From Shigella phage ESh26: DNA of 64,000 nt. This document shows, one piece after another, positions 29,905 through 40,411 of this stretch. The stretch lies in sequence record ON528736. One strand, 5' to 3'. The translations under genes were made by a program, and so were the position numbers. A model generated the notes under the pieces. The model was given only the letters and a program-made list of their open reading frames with translations, did no database searches and was not told where the DNA came from. Positions within the stretch are counted from its first letter, which is position 1, and every line of letters starts with the position of its first letter.

Positions 29905-30019
29905 ATTTTACCCTTAATTGATTAACCAAGCATTGATAAGCACTAAACTATATTGCGAATAAAATTCTGGACCAAAATGAAAAATCATATCATTTATAGT
30001 GTCCATAATATAATTCAAT

Positions 30020-30490
30020 TTAATCATGTTTCCACACCCCATCGGTATTTGACCAAAGTCGCTGATTATCTGATCCTCGCCACAGCTTTTTGGTCGGAAG
30101 ATTTTTCTCATACTTCCCATCAATAATAACATCAACATATTTAAGCATTTCTAGTTGTTTAATATCTTCAAACTTATATCCTGTCCACAACCAAATGCTT
30201 TTATTTGGATAAAGATTTTTTACTGTTTGAACCACAGAGTGAATAACATCTCGGTTATCGGGATAGAGAGGGTCTCCTCCAGTTATAGTTAATCCTTCTA
30301 TATAATCATTATTCAAACATTCAATTAATTGTTCTAGTGTTTCACCAGTGAATGGAACGCCATTTCTAGCGTTCCATGTTGATTTATTATAACACCCTTC
30401 GCATTTATGCAAACAACCTGTAACGAAAAGAACGACCCTGCATCCAGGGCCATTCACAAAATCGCAAGGATAAAATCTATCATAATTCAT
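30020..30490 (-). CDS. nrdG: anaerobic ribonucleotide reductase activase NrdG
   Basis: 156 aa; radical-SAM cluster CDFVNGPGCRVVLFVTGCLHKCEGC. Confidence 0.9.
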   Translation of the reverse strand: MNYDRFYPCDFVNGPGCRVVLFVTGCLHKCEGCYNKSTWNARNGVPFTGETLEQLIECLNNDYIEGLTITGGDPLYPDNRDVIHSVVQTVKNLYPNKSIWLWTGYKFEDIKQLEMLKYVDVIIDGKYEKNLPTKKLWRGSDNQRLWSNTDGVWKHD

Positions 30491-32304
30491 TGGTGTTTAA
30501 CCCTATGCATGATTTCTTTATTTTTGCCGAGATTAAATCCGCGTTCGTTCGGATTTCCCAAATAACCACAAGTTCTTCTTATTGTGTTCATCTTTTTAGG
30601 ATCAGTTTCTCCACAAATAGAACAAACAAATCCGTTTTCAGTAGGAGTCATTTCATGGGTACTTCCACATGTAAAACATTTATCTACTGGCATATTAACG
30701 CCAAAATAATCTAAATGTTGTGCAGCATAATCCCATACAGCCTCAAGACCTTTTAGGTTATTTTTCATATCAGGAAGTTCAACATAAGAAATGTGACCGC
30801 CTGTCGCAATGAAATGATATGGTGCTTCGCGAGAAATCTTTTCAAACGGAGTGATATTTTCTTCTACTGAAACATGGAAACTGTTAGTGTACCATCCTTT
30901 ATCAGTAACGTCTTTTACACTTCCATATTTTTCAGTATCAAGTTTACAGAAGCGATAACAAAGGTTTTCAGCAGGTGTAGAATACAAACTAAAAGCAAAA
31001 CCGGTTCTTTCAGTCCACTGTTTAAGACGAGCATTCATTTTAGTCAAAATTTCCTGTCCAATATCACGACCGACAAGAATATTCAATTCGTGAATACCAA
31101 TGTATCCTAGGGACACTGAACTTCTACCGTTTTTAAATAACTCAATTATGTCGTCATCAGGTTTAAGACGAACCCCGAATGCACCTTCTTGGTAAAGAAT
31201 AGGAGCAACAGTCGCTTTAACTCCTTTTAAGGAACTAATTCTACACATCAAAGCTTCAAAACACAAATCCATTCGTTCATTGAACAATTCGGTAAATTTC
31301 TGTTCATTGAACTGTGTTCCAATATAAGAATCTAATGCGATACGAGGAAGATTCAGTGTTACAACACCGAGATTATTACGTCCATCAAGAATTTCATTAC
31401 CAGTCGAATCTTTCCATACACTCAAGAAACTACGGCAACCCATTGGAGAAACAGGAATAGATGAACCGGTGATAGCTTTATTATTCTTAACTGAAATAAT
31501 ATCAGGATACATTCTTTTGCTTGCACACTCTAGAGCAAGCTGCTTAATATCATAGTTCGGATCGTCTTTATAAAGATTAACGCCTTCTTCAACGAACATA
31601 ACAAGTTTAGGGAAAATAGGAGTTATCCCATCGCGACCAAGGCCTTTAATACGATTTTTCAGAATTGCTTTCTGAATCATTCGTTCAGTCCAGTCAGTTC
31701 CCGTACCAAACGTAATTGTCACAAAAGGCGTTTGCCCATTTGAACTAAAGAGAGTATTTACTTCATATTCATAAGCTTGGAATGCATCGTATACGTCTTT
31801 TTCTGTTTTAGATTGAGCGTAATTCAACGCATCAGCGATTTGCCATTTTTCTGCATCCTCAATATGTTTTGCATAGGTGCGTTTAACATAAGGAGAAAGT
31901 ACTTTATCTACATTAGCAAAAGTCGTTCCGCCATATTGATGAGAAGCAACCTGCGCAGTAATTTGTGCCATAATTGCAGTAGCAACGCCGATTGATTTAG
32001 GAGTTTCAATCTGTGCATTACCGAGCTTAAATCCGTTTTCAAGCATTCCTTTTAAATCTACTAAACAGCAATTAGTAAATGGAAGAGCAGGGGAATAATC
32101 AATATCATGGAAATGGATAATTCCGCTTTCATGTGCTTTCATAATAAAAGACGGGACCATATTTTTGGCAATGTGTTTAGACACAATACCAGCCATAAGG
32201 TCCCGTTGAGTTGGAAAAACACGAGAATCTTTATTAGCATTCTCGTTCAAAAGGTCTTTATTAGTTTTATGAATCAATCCTTCAATTTCTTTTTCAATTG
32301 TCAT
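30487..32304 (-). CDS. nrdD: anaerobic ribonucleoside-triphosphate reductase NrdD
   Basis: Uninterrupted 605-aa ORF; C-terminal zinc ribbon and glycyl radical region. Confidence 0.95.
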   Translation of the reverse strand: MTIEKEIEGLIHKTNKDLLNENANKDSRVFPTQRDLMAGIVSKHIAKNMVPSFIMKAHESGIIHFHDIDYSPALPFTNCCLVDLKGMLENGFKLGNAQIETPKSIGVATAIMAQITAQVASHQYGGTTFANVDKVLSPYVKRTYAKHIEDAEKWQIADALNYAQSKTEKDVYDAFQAYEYEVNTLFSSNGQTPFVTITFGTGTDWTERMIQKAILKNRIKGLGRDGITPIFPKLVMFVEEGVNLYKDDPNYDIKQLALECASKRMYPDIISVKNNKAITGSSIPVSPMGCRSFLSVWKDSTGNEILDGRNNLGVVTLNLPRIALDSYIGTQFNEQKFTELFNERMDLCFEALMCRISSLKGVKATVAPILYQEGAFGVRLKPDDDIIELFKNGRSSVSLGYIGIHELNILVGRDIGQEILTKMNARLKQWTERTGFAFSLYSTPAENLCYRFCKLDTEKYGSVKDVTDKGWYTNSFHVSVEENITPFEKISREAPYHFIATGGHISYVELPDMKNNLKGLEAVWDYAAQHLDYFGVNMPVDKCFTCGSTHEMTPTENGFVCSICGETDPKKMNTIRRTCGYLGNPNERGFNLGKNKEIMHRVKHQ

Positions 32305-32774
32305 TTTAAACTCTTTCTAAGCTGCTTCTTAAATGAAGCTATTAATTGTGTTTTAGTGTCAGATTCATTATATTCAAATCCTCTTTGAAGCATCTCAGCC
32401 ATCATTTCCTCTTTTCCTAAACGAGAAAATTCCTTTGATTTATCTCCAACGAAGTTAGGGTGAATATTATTTTGGGTGTAATCGGATTTTAAATAAGTAA
32501 GTAAATTTTCTAACCATTCAAGATAATCAACGCCTTGTCCCTTTAAGCCAGAACGATTAAATTTGTGTTTCATTTGACCTTCCGCTGCATTGCAAAGATT
32601 ACAGAGCAATCCACGCACCTTTCCTGCTTTTGGTCCATTTAATTCATGGTCATGGTCAAGGTGATTAGCTTGAACATCAGGATTTAATTCTCGTTGGCAA
32701 ATTAAGCATTTACCGTTTTGTGCATCATAAAATTTCTGTTTTTCTTCTTTATATAATTTGCCAGTCAATAACAT
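32301..32774 (-). CDS. 49: endonuclease VII (Holliday junction resolvase) gp49
   Basis: 157 aa; CLICQRE...HLDHDH...CNLCN motifs. Confidence 0.9.
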   Translation of the reverse strand: MLLTGKLYKEEKQKFYDAQNGKCLICQRELNPDVQANHLDHDHELNGPKAGKVRGLLCNLCNAAEGQMKHKFNRSGLKGQGVDYLEWLENLLTYLKSDYTQNNIHPNFVGDKSKEFSRLGKEEMMAEMLQRGFEYNESDTKTQLIASFKKQLRKSLK

Positions 32775-32823
32775 AATAAAACCCTTACCTTGAATAGATA
32801 AGGGTATTTATTATTTTCAAGTA

Positions 32824-33288
32824 TTAAAACGCTCGGTCAGAAAAAGAAATTTGAGTTTCAAGCCATTCAATGTATTCTGCCGCAGCTTGCATCAAATTTC
32901 CTTCATAACCATCGTTATTTTCTTGTGCAGCTAATTTAGCTAATGCATATGAAATGCGTTCACCTTGAAAAGCGGCTTTAGGTTTATGAATAACTTGATC
33001 AACTCGTTCTACGACCTCTTCAATTTCGCCATTTTCTGCGGATTCAGTATTCCACAAGCACCAATACGTAATTGGCTTATCGTAGATGTTAATAATCTTT
33101 CCATCAGAAAGTTCAATTTCAATAATTCCAGTATCAGGTTCTATATCATCTTCGCATTCTTTTGCAAGTTCACGAACTTTAAAGACAGTACCTGCACTAA
33201 GTTCCGGCCAGTAATTACACAGCCCTTTATCAGCACGATTAATTCTAAACCACTTATCTACTGCAATCATATCCCATCTCCATATCAA
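32824..33288 (-). CDS. hypothetical protein (pin position)
   Basis: 154-aa ORF after gene 49. Confidence 0.4.
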   Translation of the reverse strand: MIWRWDMIAVDKWFRINRADKGLCNYWPELSAGTVFKVRELAKECEDDIEPDTGIIEIELSDGKIINIYDKPITYWCLWNTESAENGEIEEVVERVDQVIHKPKAAFQGERISYALAKLAAQENNDGYEGNLMQAAAEYIEWLETQISFSDRAF

Positions 33289-33393
33289 TTAAGTCATTTA
33301 TCGTCGGTTCATTATATACTGTTTCTTCATCAGTGTAAACCGGTTCTTCCGGCTCTGGCTCTACAGTTTCCCATCTAGCCGCCCACCAAGGTT

Positions 33394-33714
33394 TTATAGC
33401 GTAATCCATTCTCGTACTGTCTGAGTTACTACACGTTCACGGGGCTCGACTAGTTCAACAGTCGGAACTGCATAATACCAGTCAGAATGATAAGAACCTG
33501 AGCGAGATTCATTTACGGAAACATGTACATTGTGTTTTGGACTAAAATAAACACACTGACGATATTGGCATTTACCATCTTGCACCCAGTCTTCTATTTC
33601 AATAGGTTTAAGATAATCCGAAAAATCGAAATCATAATTTTCTGAAAATGCATCATGGTCTTCGATGATTTCGCTCAGAACTGCATCAACATCTAATTTA
33701 TTTTCAATATTCAT
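33394..33714 (-). CDS. hypothetical protein
   Basis: 106-aa acidic ORF. Confidence 0.45.
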   Translation of the reverse strand: MNIENKLDVDAVLSEIIEDHDAFSENYDFDFSDYLKPIEIEDWVQDGKCQYRQCVYFSPKHNVHVSVNESRSGSYHSDWYYAVPTVELVEPRERVVTQTVREWITL

Positions 33715-33724
33715 TTTTCACCAA

Positions 33725-33934
33725 TTAATTTCGCAATTTATTAAGTTCTTCATAATCAATCCAGGATTCTAGTCCTGATGGCAAATCAGATTCAATTTCC
33801 CAAAGAAGTTCTTCAATTTTCTGAAGACGATCTAATTCTTCAGCAGGAATAGTAACCATTGACGGAGTTCTTGATACGCTAATATCGTAAATCATATTTA
33901 CCCCAGTTTGACCATACAATCGCCATATTTCCAT
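33725..33934 (-). CDS. hypothetical protein
   Basis: 69-aa ORF. Confidence 0.4.
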   Translation of the reverse strand: MEIWRLYGQTGVNMIYDISVSRTPSMVTIPAEELDRLQKIEELLWEIESDLPSGLESWIDYEELNKLRN

Positions 33935-34113
33935 TTAGAAATAGACTTTTCACCATTAGAATAATAAACTTCAAGTTTAGCACGGTTATTTTTAATTTGA
34001 ATAACCTTGGCTGTCATCAAAGTTCCATACCCATAGTAAACTGCAACTTCATCACCTACATATACCGCGCTTCCGCGGTAGTCATGGATATAATCAGTCC
34101 CTTCGAGCATCAT
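33898..34113 (-). CDS. hypothetical protein
   Basis: 71-aa ORF. Confidence 0.4.
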   Translation of the reverse strand: MMLEGTDYIHDYRGSAVYVGDEVAVYYGYGTLMTAKVIQIKNNRAKLEVYYSNGEKSISKWKYGDCMVKLG

Positions 34114-34373
34114 TTAAAGTATTCCCGCAATTGGTCAAATCCACCAATATGACTTCCATCAGGAGCAAATACCTGAGGCATCGTCAAACCAATTTGAGTA
34201 TCACGACCTAGTTTCGTCAGAAGCTCAGCGATTTTCTCATCATCAAAAACACCTTTTTCCGGCATAATGTTGATAAATTCAAATGGCTGTTTCTTTACAG
34301 TCAAAAGACGTTTTGCATTATCGCAATACACGCATTTATGGATGTTGCTATCATAACCATATACTTTAAACAT
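34110..34373 (-). CDS. nrdC: glutaredoxin NrdC
   Basis: 87 aa; CVYC active site; T4 NrdC size. Confidence 0.85.
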   Translation of the reverse strand: MFKVYGYDSNIHKCVYCDNAKRLLTVKKQPFEFINIMPEKGVFDDEKIAELLTKLGRDTQIGLTMPQVFAPDGSHIGGFDQLREYFK

Positions 34374-34374
34374 A

Positions 34375-34617
34375 TTATTCCTTAATTCCTAGTACTTGTT
34401 TAAAAGTCTCATCGTAATCAAGACTTTGGCCCGTTTGTTCTTTATGTTTGTATATAATATCACTTACTTCTGATAGCATATTTTTATATGAACGGGTTAT
34501 AGCAGATTTAAGCACGCTGTATCTATCAGGAAATTTACCATGTTCATTATAATACGCTATTGCTAATTCACGGACTGCTTTTTCAGCAGTCTCCATATAT
34601 TCTTTACGCTTGGTCAT
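34375..34617 (-). CDS. hypothetical protein
   Basis: Start set at internal [13 protein letters not shown] to remove 134-nt overlap. Confidence 0.4.
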   Translation of the reverse strand: MTKRKEYMETAEKAVRELAIAYYNEHGKFPDRYSVLKSAITRSYKNMLSEVSDIIYKHKEQTGQSLDYDETFKQVLGIKE

Positions 34618-34618
34618 T

Positions 34619-34987
34619 TTAATCCAAAATATTATTAGGCATTGGTTGAACACTCGCAAGTTCTTTAAAGAACTCAGTAGAGTCAGGTAATTTAACCATT
34701 TCCGGAGCATGCTTGCTAAATTTGTGTTTACAATGACGGCATTTATATTCAAGTTCCGGTTTACGCCAGTTAATCAATTGAACCTGTTCAGTACCGCATT
34801 CAGGACAATTAGGAACGTTTTTAGAAGCCCTTTCGCGACGATCAACCATAGCCATAATAGCATCCCAGGCTGGAGGTTTAAAATCTAAATCGTCAGTAAC
34901 TAACAGTCCTTTATCAAACCCAGCGCATGGAGTCCATTCAGGAAAATCTGAAGCTTCGGCAATATCTTCTAATAGACGCTTTTTCAT
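34619..34987 (-). CDS. zinc-ribbon protein
   Basis: 122 aa; CPECGTEQ...CRHCKHKF. Confidence 0.5.
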   Translation of the reverse strand: MKKRLLEDIAEASDFPEWTPCAGFDKGLLVTDDLDFKPPAWDAIMAMVDRRERASKNVPNCPECGTEQVQLINWRKPELEYKCRHCKHKFSKHAPEMVKLPDSTEFFKELASVQPMPNNILD

Positions 34988-35913
34988 TTCAATACCTCAA
35001 TAGCATTACGTAAACCATTTGCTTTTGCATTAAGAGCTTTTAACAATTTGGTGTGTTCGGCAATCTGGGCTTCAACTTCAATCAAACGAGCATTGAGATA
35101 TTCACGTTCTTCGCTCAAGTTATCAATCTTTTCTACTTTAGGCTCTTTTACAACTGTCTTATATGTATTAGGGTTCTTCAGTTTAATTAGAATACGTGAA
35201 CTGTATAACATTGAACCATTATCTTCGATTTCGTCATACATTTCTACTACGTCCATGATTTTTAACATCATGCGGAGTTTATAAGACAACGAACGAATAG
35301 TTTTGTTGTGCTTATTAATTTCTTTAGAGTTCATGGTGCCAAGATTACGTGAGTAATAATAAGGAACCTGGATATTAATTAACACTGATGAACCACCTGG
35401 CTTGTGTGTTACTTCATCAGCAATAACCCAATCCTTAACATGAACTGTATTTGTACGGTCATCACCAGCAGTAAATAGTTTGCGAGCATGCTTAAAAAGC
35501 ATATTCACTTGGTCATTGAATTGACAAGCAAATTTATCAGCAAATTTAGTTTCAGGAATGGTAGATAACCAATCAGCCAAGTGGGTCTTTTTAACATCGT
35601 TAACAATAGTAAATTCAACCAAATCGGTTATAGATGTTGCAGATTTAATGAAGCTCGGCTTCATAAAGTTTTTAATGTTATCGCGAGCTACAGTAGAAGA
35701 TAACATACGAGAACGTTTAAACCATTCAAGCAAATTGCCTAACGAATGAGAATAAGCGTTTTGAGTATCTTTACAGATATGATTTTCCTGACCAACATAT
35801 TGAAGGAAATCACGAAGAATATTATTGATTACTGCTCTGTGTCCGATTTGATAATTACGGTGTTTAGTAATAAGACTGTCAAAATAATCAATATAATGTT
35901 TACGAGTTTTCAT
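34984..35913 (-). CDS. coiled-coil paralog 1
   Basis: 309 aa; N-terminus MKTRKHY; C-terminal heptad region [44 protein letters not shown]. Confidence 0.55.
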   Translation of the reverse strand: MKTRKHYIDYFDSLITKHRNYQIGHRAVINNILRDFLQYVGQENHICKDTQNAYSHSLGNLLEWFKRSRMLSSTVARDNIKNFMKPSFIKSATSITDLVEFTIVNDVKKTHLADWLSTIPETKFADKFACQFNDQVNMLFKHARKLFTAGDDRTNTVHVKDWVIADEVTHKPGGSSVLINIQVPYYYSRNLGTMNSKEINKHNKTIRSLSYKLRMMLKIMDVVEMYDEIEDNGSMLYSSRILIKLKNPNTYKTVVKEPKVEKIDNLSEEREYLNARLIEVEAQIAEHTKLLKALNAKANGLRNAIEVLK

Positions 35914-35965
35914 GTTCTTCTCACTTGGTTAATGATTTATACTCCGAGCCATCCTTGGCTTTAAA

Positions 35966-36967
35966 TTACTTAATTAACTGTAAAGCTTGTTCAAGACGAT
36001 CCAGGCGATTAACAGATTCTTCCCAAATCCTTTTAGCCTGCTCATATTCTTTCTGCGCTTTATTAGAAATTTCTAGAGCTTCTTTATAAGCTTTTTCTAG
36101 TGCAATAACTTCTGGACGAATTTCTAGCGGTTCAGGCGAATCGTCAAGATTATCCATTAGTTCCTCAAGGGTAGTTTCTTCTTTAGGAGTATTCACAATT
36201 TCATCACATTTTTGTTGGTAAATTTCTTTATTAGTCGGTGAGTACGCACACTTTACTTCACGGAGACTAACTATAATTTTATATCCTTCCCAACCACACA
36301 TATTTTTGAAAGGATATGTATGAATACTTTTTACAGTTTCCATACAATCCAAAGCCGTTTCTAATTGATGAGTTATAGTGCTAGCAATTGAGAAAAATTT
36401 ATTAATATTCTTTTGGTTAGCTTCTGGTGTAAAAAATTCATAATTCACAAAAATAGCTACTTTATTTTTATCAAGCTCATATTCTTTTACGATAATCATA
36501 TCAGAAGCCAAAGGATGAATTTGACGATAATCACCATAACATAATTTAGAAGCTGATTTTAAAAGTTGCTTCTTGAAAAGTCTGAAATTACTAATCCAAC
36601 GACGAGTAAAAATATTCTTAGGGTCTTCTTTAATATTAAGATGATAAGAATTAACATCACCGAACCAATTGTATCCTATTACACCTTTAGTTCGTTTAAT
36701 TTCTTTCCCAAAATTACCAAGAATATCCCGATTAACCAAATATGAAAGAAGACGAGACCCTTTAAAGGTTATCTTAATATCATCTTTATCTACGCGGCTA
36801 GAAATTTCACGAACTTCATGAATAAATTTACTGGAAGAAACAATACTTGCATCAATACTGCTGAGCCATTGATTGATAATAGAAAGAACAGCATTCTGAC
36901 TAGACATGGGTTTAACTTTATCATCAATAACGCTATTGAATGATTTGATATATTCGTTACGAGTCAT
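35966..36967 (-). CDS. coiled-coil paralog 2
   Basis: Start at MTRNEYIKSF (GAGGAG RBS, promoter 36995-37025); C-terminal coiled coil. Confidence 0.55.
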   Translation of the reverse strand: MTRNEYIKSFNSVIDDKVKPMSSQNAVLSIINQWLSSIDASIVSSSKFIHEVREISSRVDKDDIKITFKGSRLLSYLVNRDILGNFGKEIKRTKGVIGYNWFGDVNSYHLNIKEDPKNIFTRRWISNFRLFKKQLLKSASKLCYGDYRQIHPLASDMIIVKEYELDKNKVAIFVNYEFFTPEANQKNINKFFSIASTITHQLETALDCMETVKSIHTYPFKNMCGWEGYKIIVSLREVKCAYSPTNKEIYQQKCDEIVNTPKEETTLEELMDNLDDSPEPLEIRPEVIALEKAYKEALEISNKAQKEYEQAKRIWEESVNRLDRLEQALQLIK

Positions 36968-36994
36968 AATAATCTCCTCAGTAGAAAGTAAGAA

Positions 36995-37025
36995 CATTAT
37001 ACCACATCCTTGTGGCAAAGTAAAC
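36995..37025 (-). promoter_or_regulatory. early promoter upstream of coiled-coil paralog 2
   Basis: gtaaac 37020-37025, attata 36997-37002. Confidence 0.5.
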
Positions 37026-38050
37026 TAGTTCAGTGCATTTAGTGCATTGTTCAGTTTAGAACGTTGCTTTGTCAGATTTTGAACTCTTGACTGTGCTTGT
37101 TCTAACACCTTTTCAGCTTCTAACATTTCATTAGTTGCTTTAACAAGTTCATCATCTACTGCTTTAAGAGACTTCTCAATCGCATCGGCGTGCCATTTTT
37201 CTACAGGTTTAAAATTTGAATTTTCAGTAGGAAGAAAACTCACTTTATTAAGTTTCCATGCATCTGTACTACTTGAACTGTACATCCAACATTTAGGATC
37301 GTTTGATGAGTAATTGGATAAATTTAAATTTAAGTTATCTTGCACTTCTTGCTTTTTCTCTTGTGTAACTTCGTCCTTTCTCAAAAATTCATATTTAAAT
37401 GAAACGATCATATCAAGTTCATATGTTGTTGTGTCTAATTTAAATCGTTCGAAATGTTGTGAAATCTTAGACTGAACAGCGGCAACAACATCCATATACT
37501 TAAATGCTTCTGTCAACTGCGATTTAAGGCATTCGCAAATTGAAAGAGAATTTTTTGTATTAGGTTTAAAGCTAATTCGTGCAGTTCTGTTATTTTCTTT
37601 TAATGGTCTTACTTCCATCTGAAGAGTATAACCATCAAATTTCAGGTTCTTTAAGTTAATGTCAGAACCTTTTAATCGACTAGCCGTCGACAAAATTTGC
37701 TTTAATTGTTTACGGAATAGAGCAATAAATCTCCATTCAATACGATAATGATTTGGATTGAAAAATCCAGATGATAAATCGACCTTACTCTGACCAACGC
37801 CTTGAACAAATAGAGGATTTTTATAATCAATAGTTTTACAGAAATCAATGAGCTGCTCACGAGCCGTCATTTGTGTAATATACCCCGCTTTACTAAAATG
37901 ACGTAACCATTCACTGCTATTCATATATTTAAAGTGAATATCACGATTAACTTTATCAGGGTCTAAATTATTTTGGCACAAAAATGTCATAACATCACGA
38001 GTATAACTGGCATTACGAACCATATCTTCAATTTGAGAACGAGTTTTCAT
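37025..38050 (-). CDS. coiled-coil paralog 3
   Basis: 341 aa; MKTRSQIEDM...; shared internal FxxFRKQLKxxxSTASRLK segment; C-terminal coiled coil. Confidence 0.55.
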   Translation of the reverse strand: MKTRSQIEDMVRNASYTRDVMTFLCQNNLDPDKVNRDIHFKYMNSSEWLRHFSKAGYITQMTAREQLIDFCKTIDYKNPLFVQGVGQSKVDLSSGFFNPNHYRIEWRFIALFRKQLKQILSTASRLKGSDINLKNLKFDGYTLQMEVRPLKENNRTARISFKPNTKNSLSICECLKSQLTEAFKYMDVVAAVQSKISQHFERFKLDTTTYELDMIVSFKYEFLRKDEVTQEKKQEVQDNLNLNLSNYSSNDPKCWMYSSSSTDAWKLNKVSFLPTENSNFKPVEKWHADAIEKSLKAVDDELVKATNEMLEAEKVLEQAQSRVQNLTKQRSKLNNALNALN

Positions 38051-38058
38051 GGTGTTCC

Positions 38059-38970
38059 TTAAGATTTAAGTAAATCGACAATTTTAATTAACTTTTCACG
38101 CTCAGATTTAGCTTTACTACTCAGTCCAGATAGTCTGAAAATTTCATCATCATATTGTTGAATAGAAATATTCAGCTCTTCAATCTGTTTATTAAAATAA
38201 TCAATTTGTTCAGAATGTTTTTCGTTACTACGAACTGGTACAGGTTTCGTAGGCAATGTAGTTGAACTGGATTCATTCGGGCGATAAATTAAAATACAAC
38301 TTGAACCAATAGGGCATTTTGCACCAGATGAATATTCTAATGTTCCAGCTTCTTTTAAAACTTCAAAAGCTAAACAGAGATGATGCCCCATATTAACATA
38401 ATCTGTAGAGTGAGCTCTGATGTAATAATCATCGCCACGAATACTAAATTTAAAGCATTTAAGGTCTTCTGTATTATTGGTCTTAAAAATCATTTGTTTA
38501 TCTAGACCTTTAGCTAATCGAGCGCCCAATGCTAATAATCGTCGTTGATTTTCCCACAAATCCGCAATCATTTGATCGAATGATAATTTCGGCATTAGTC
38601 GACCGTAAAGGTCATATCCTTTATTATAATTACGAAGGATTTCACTCGCGTTAATACGAGACAACGCTCCAATTTTATTAAGGGCTTTCATAATGCGATT
38701 AGATAAACTCATTCCAGACCCATTTGTTCGCTGCAAATGTTTTTCTAATCCAAATCCAATATCAACTTTAAATTTATCTAAAATTTCGGCATGAACATCT
38801 TTATCAATAACATTCAAATCCAAAGTTGGGTTAAATCTATGAAAAAATTTATCTGGCTCTGCACGGCGAAATACAGTCCATTCATTCATCATTTTTTTAT
38901 TAACTAAAGATTTAATTACTGCATTGACATTATTAATTACTACTGACATATTTTCCTCACTCAATTTCAA
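38059..38970 (-). CDS. coiled-coil paralog 4
   Basis: 303 aa; C-terminal coiled coil; 8 nt from paralog 3. Confidence 0.5.
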   Translation of the reverse strand: MKLSEENMSVVINNVNAVIKSLVNKKMMNEWTVFRRAEPDKFFHRFNPTLDLNVIDKDVHAEILDKFKVDIGFGLEKHLQRTNGSGMSLSNRIMKALNKIGALSRINASEILRNYNKGYDLYGRLMPKLSFDQMIADLWENQRRLLALGARLAKGLDKQMIFKTNNTEDLKCFKFSIRGDDYYIRAHSTDYVNMGHHLCLAFEVLKEAGTLEYSSGAKCPIGSSCILIYRPNESSSTTLPTKPVPVRSNEKHSEQIDYFNKQIEELNISIQQYDDEIFRLSGLSSKAKSEREKLIKIVDLLKS

Positions 38971-39364
38971 TTTTACTAAATATACAGAATAAGATGGAAC
39001 AGACTATATAAGCACCACACACAGATTGAACTAATGCCATTCCAAAGAACCAAACAATATTATCAAACAATGTCTGTTTTACGTCGAAAGGACGTAAACT
39101 TACAGTAATATTATCACCTTTTTCTATTGAAGAATACATCTCTGGGGAAATATATTCACTAAATCTATAACCGTCTTTGAGTTCATATACGGCAATAAAC
39201 GATAAACTAGACCCTTTTCCTTGTGTTCCCGTAATGGTATTAACTACAGTAACATCATAATCTTTATAGTGCATATAATCATTAATTGCGTAATAACCAT
39301 ATGCAACTACTACACATAAACAACATATCAATAAATTCAATCTTTTAATTATCAACTGTTTCAT
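38957..39364 (-). CDS. membrane protein
   Basis: 135 aa; N- and C-terminal TM segments. Confidence 0.5.
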   Translation of the reverse strand: MKQLIIKRLNLLICCLCVVVAYGYYAINDYMHYKDYDVTVVNTITGTQGKGSSLSFIAVYELKDGYRFSEYISPEMYSSIEKGDNITVSLRPFDVKQTLFDNIVWFFGMALVQSVCGAYIVCSILFCIFSKIEIE

Positions 39365-39419
39365 AATAATCTCAATTAAAAGGGCTTAGAACCATTATAC
39401 CATCCTTGGTATAAAGCGG

Positions 39420-39947
39420 TTATGCGAGTACCGTCTTTAACCGTTCTTCAAACTTCCGAAGAGTATTTTGGCGTTCAGCTCTTTGCTTTTTGTAAGTTTC
39501 AATACGCTCTGAAATGAGAGTGTATCGTTCATTTACCGATTCTTTCATAAAATCAGGAATTTCACGAGAAGCTTTAATCTCGTCAAATTTATCAATAACA
39601 GCTTGCTCTTCAGCAATTAAATTATCATACATTAAAATATCTTTCTTGATGAACTCAATATCTTCTTGAGTTACACGAGATAATTTAGATGCTTTATCCT
39701 TTTTGTACTGTTCGTTAGTATCACGAGACCAGTGTAATGCACGATTTTTATTCGTATTTTTGTAAATTTCTACAATACCGATCTCATCAATAATAACGAT
39801 CCAATTCCAACGGGATTTGTAAATTTGTCCTCCATCAACAGTGATTTCACCTCCGATTGAGATGTCATTAAAGAACTTGCTTTGTGCTTCAGATTTAAAT
39901 TTACCATCGTTATAATTTACCAAGTTGAAAATATCTTTAGCGTTCAT
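39420..39947 (-). CDS. hypothetical protein
   Basis: 175-aa ORF after promoter 39974-40007. Confidence 0.5.
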   Translation of the reverse strand: MNAKDIFNLVNYNDGKFKSEAQSKFFNDISIGGEITVDGGQIYKSRWNWIVIIDEIGIVEIYKNTNKNRALHWSRDTNEQYKKDKASKLSRVTQEDIEFIKKDILMYDNLIAEEQAVIDKFDEIKASREIPDFMKESVNERYTLISERIETYKKQRAERQNTLRKFEERLKTVLA

Positions 39948-39973
39948 TTTGTGTTCCTCCGTAGTTGATAGTT

Positions 39974-40007
39974 GTATAGTACCACAGAGGAACAGTCTTG
40001 TAAACCA
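39974..40007 (-). promoter_or_regulatory. early promoter, cassette copy
   Basis: gtaaac 40000-40005, atagta 39976-39981. Confidence 0.55.
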
Positions 40008-40322
40008 CTAAAAGAAACTTCTTTCACAATTTTTTCCACTGAACCAGGCGCTCACTGCTTTCTTAGTCTCAGGAGCAGTGTTATCCATAAACCATTCAAA
40101 GGCAGCCTTTTTATGATTCTGGAGGGCTTCTCGGGCTTTAATCTGCTCACGGTCTATTAACACTAACATATGAGCCTTTCTTGACACCATGGGCTTCTTA
40201 TGATTTTTTGAATACTCCCAGTCATTTGTCCATCGCATTGTCGTTGCGAACTGAAATACTGCTTCTTTAATTTTAGTTTCGTAAATTTCACGAGCCTTTG
40301 AGTATAACATCATTACCTCCAT
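40008..40322 (-). CDS. hypothetical protein
   Basis: 104-aa ORF. Confidence 0.45.
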   Translation of the reverse strand: MEVMMLYSKAREIYETKIKEAVFQFATTMRWTNDWEYSKNHKKPMVSRKAHMLVLIDREQIKAREALQNHKKAAFEWFMDNTAPETKKAVSAWFSGKNCERSFF

Positions 40323-40411
40323 TCACCAGTTTAATTCTAGTCATCTTTTTAATGGCAGTCCATATAATCTATTTCTGAACTGCCTTTTTGTCATAGAAGT
40401 CCTCTTATGAA

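Noticed and set aside
29914-30138. 74-aa ORF overlapping the 3' end of nrdG
   Set aside because: 119-nt overlap with a confident gene; any real product would be under 40 aa
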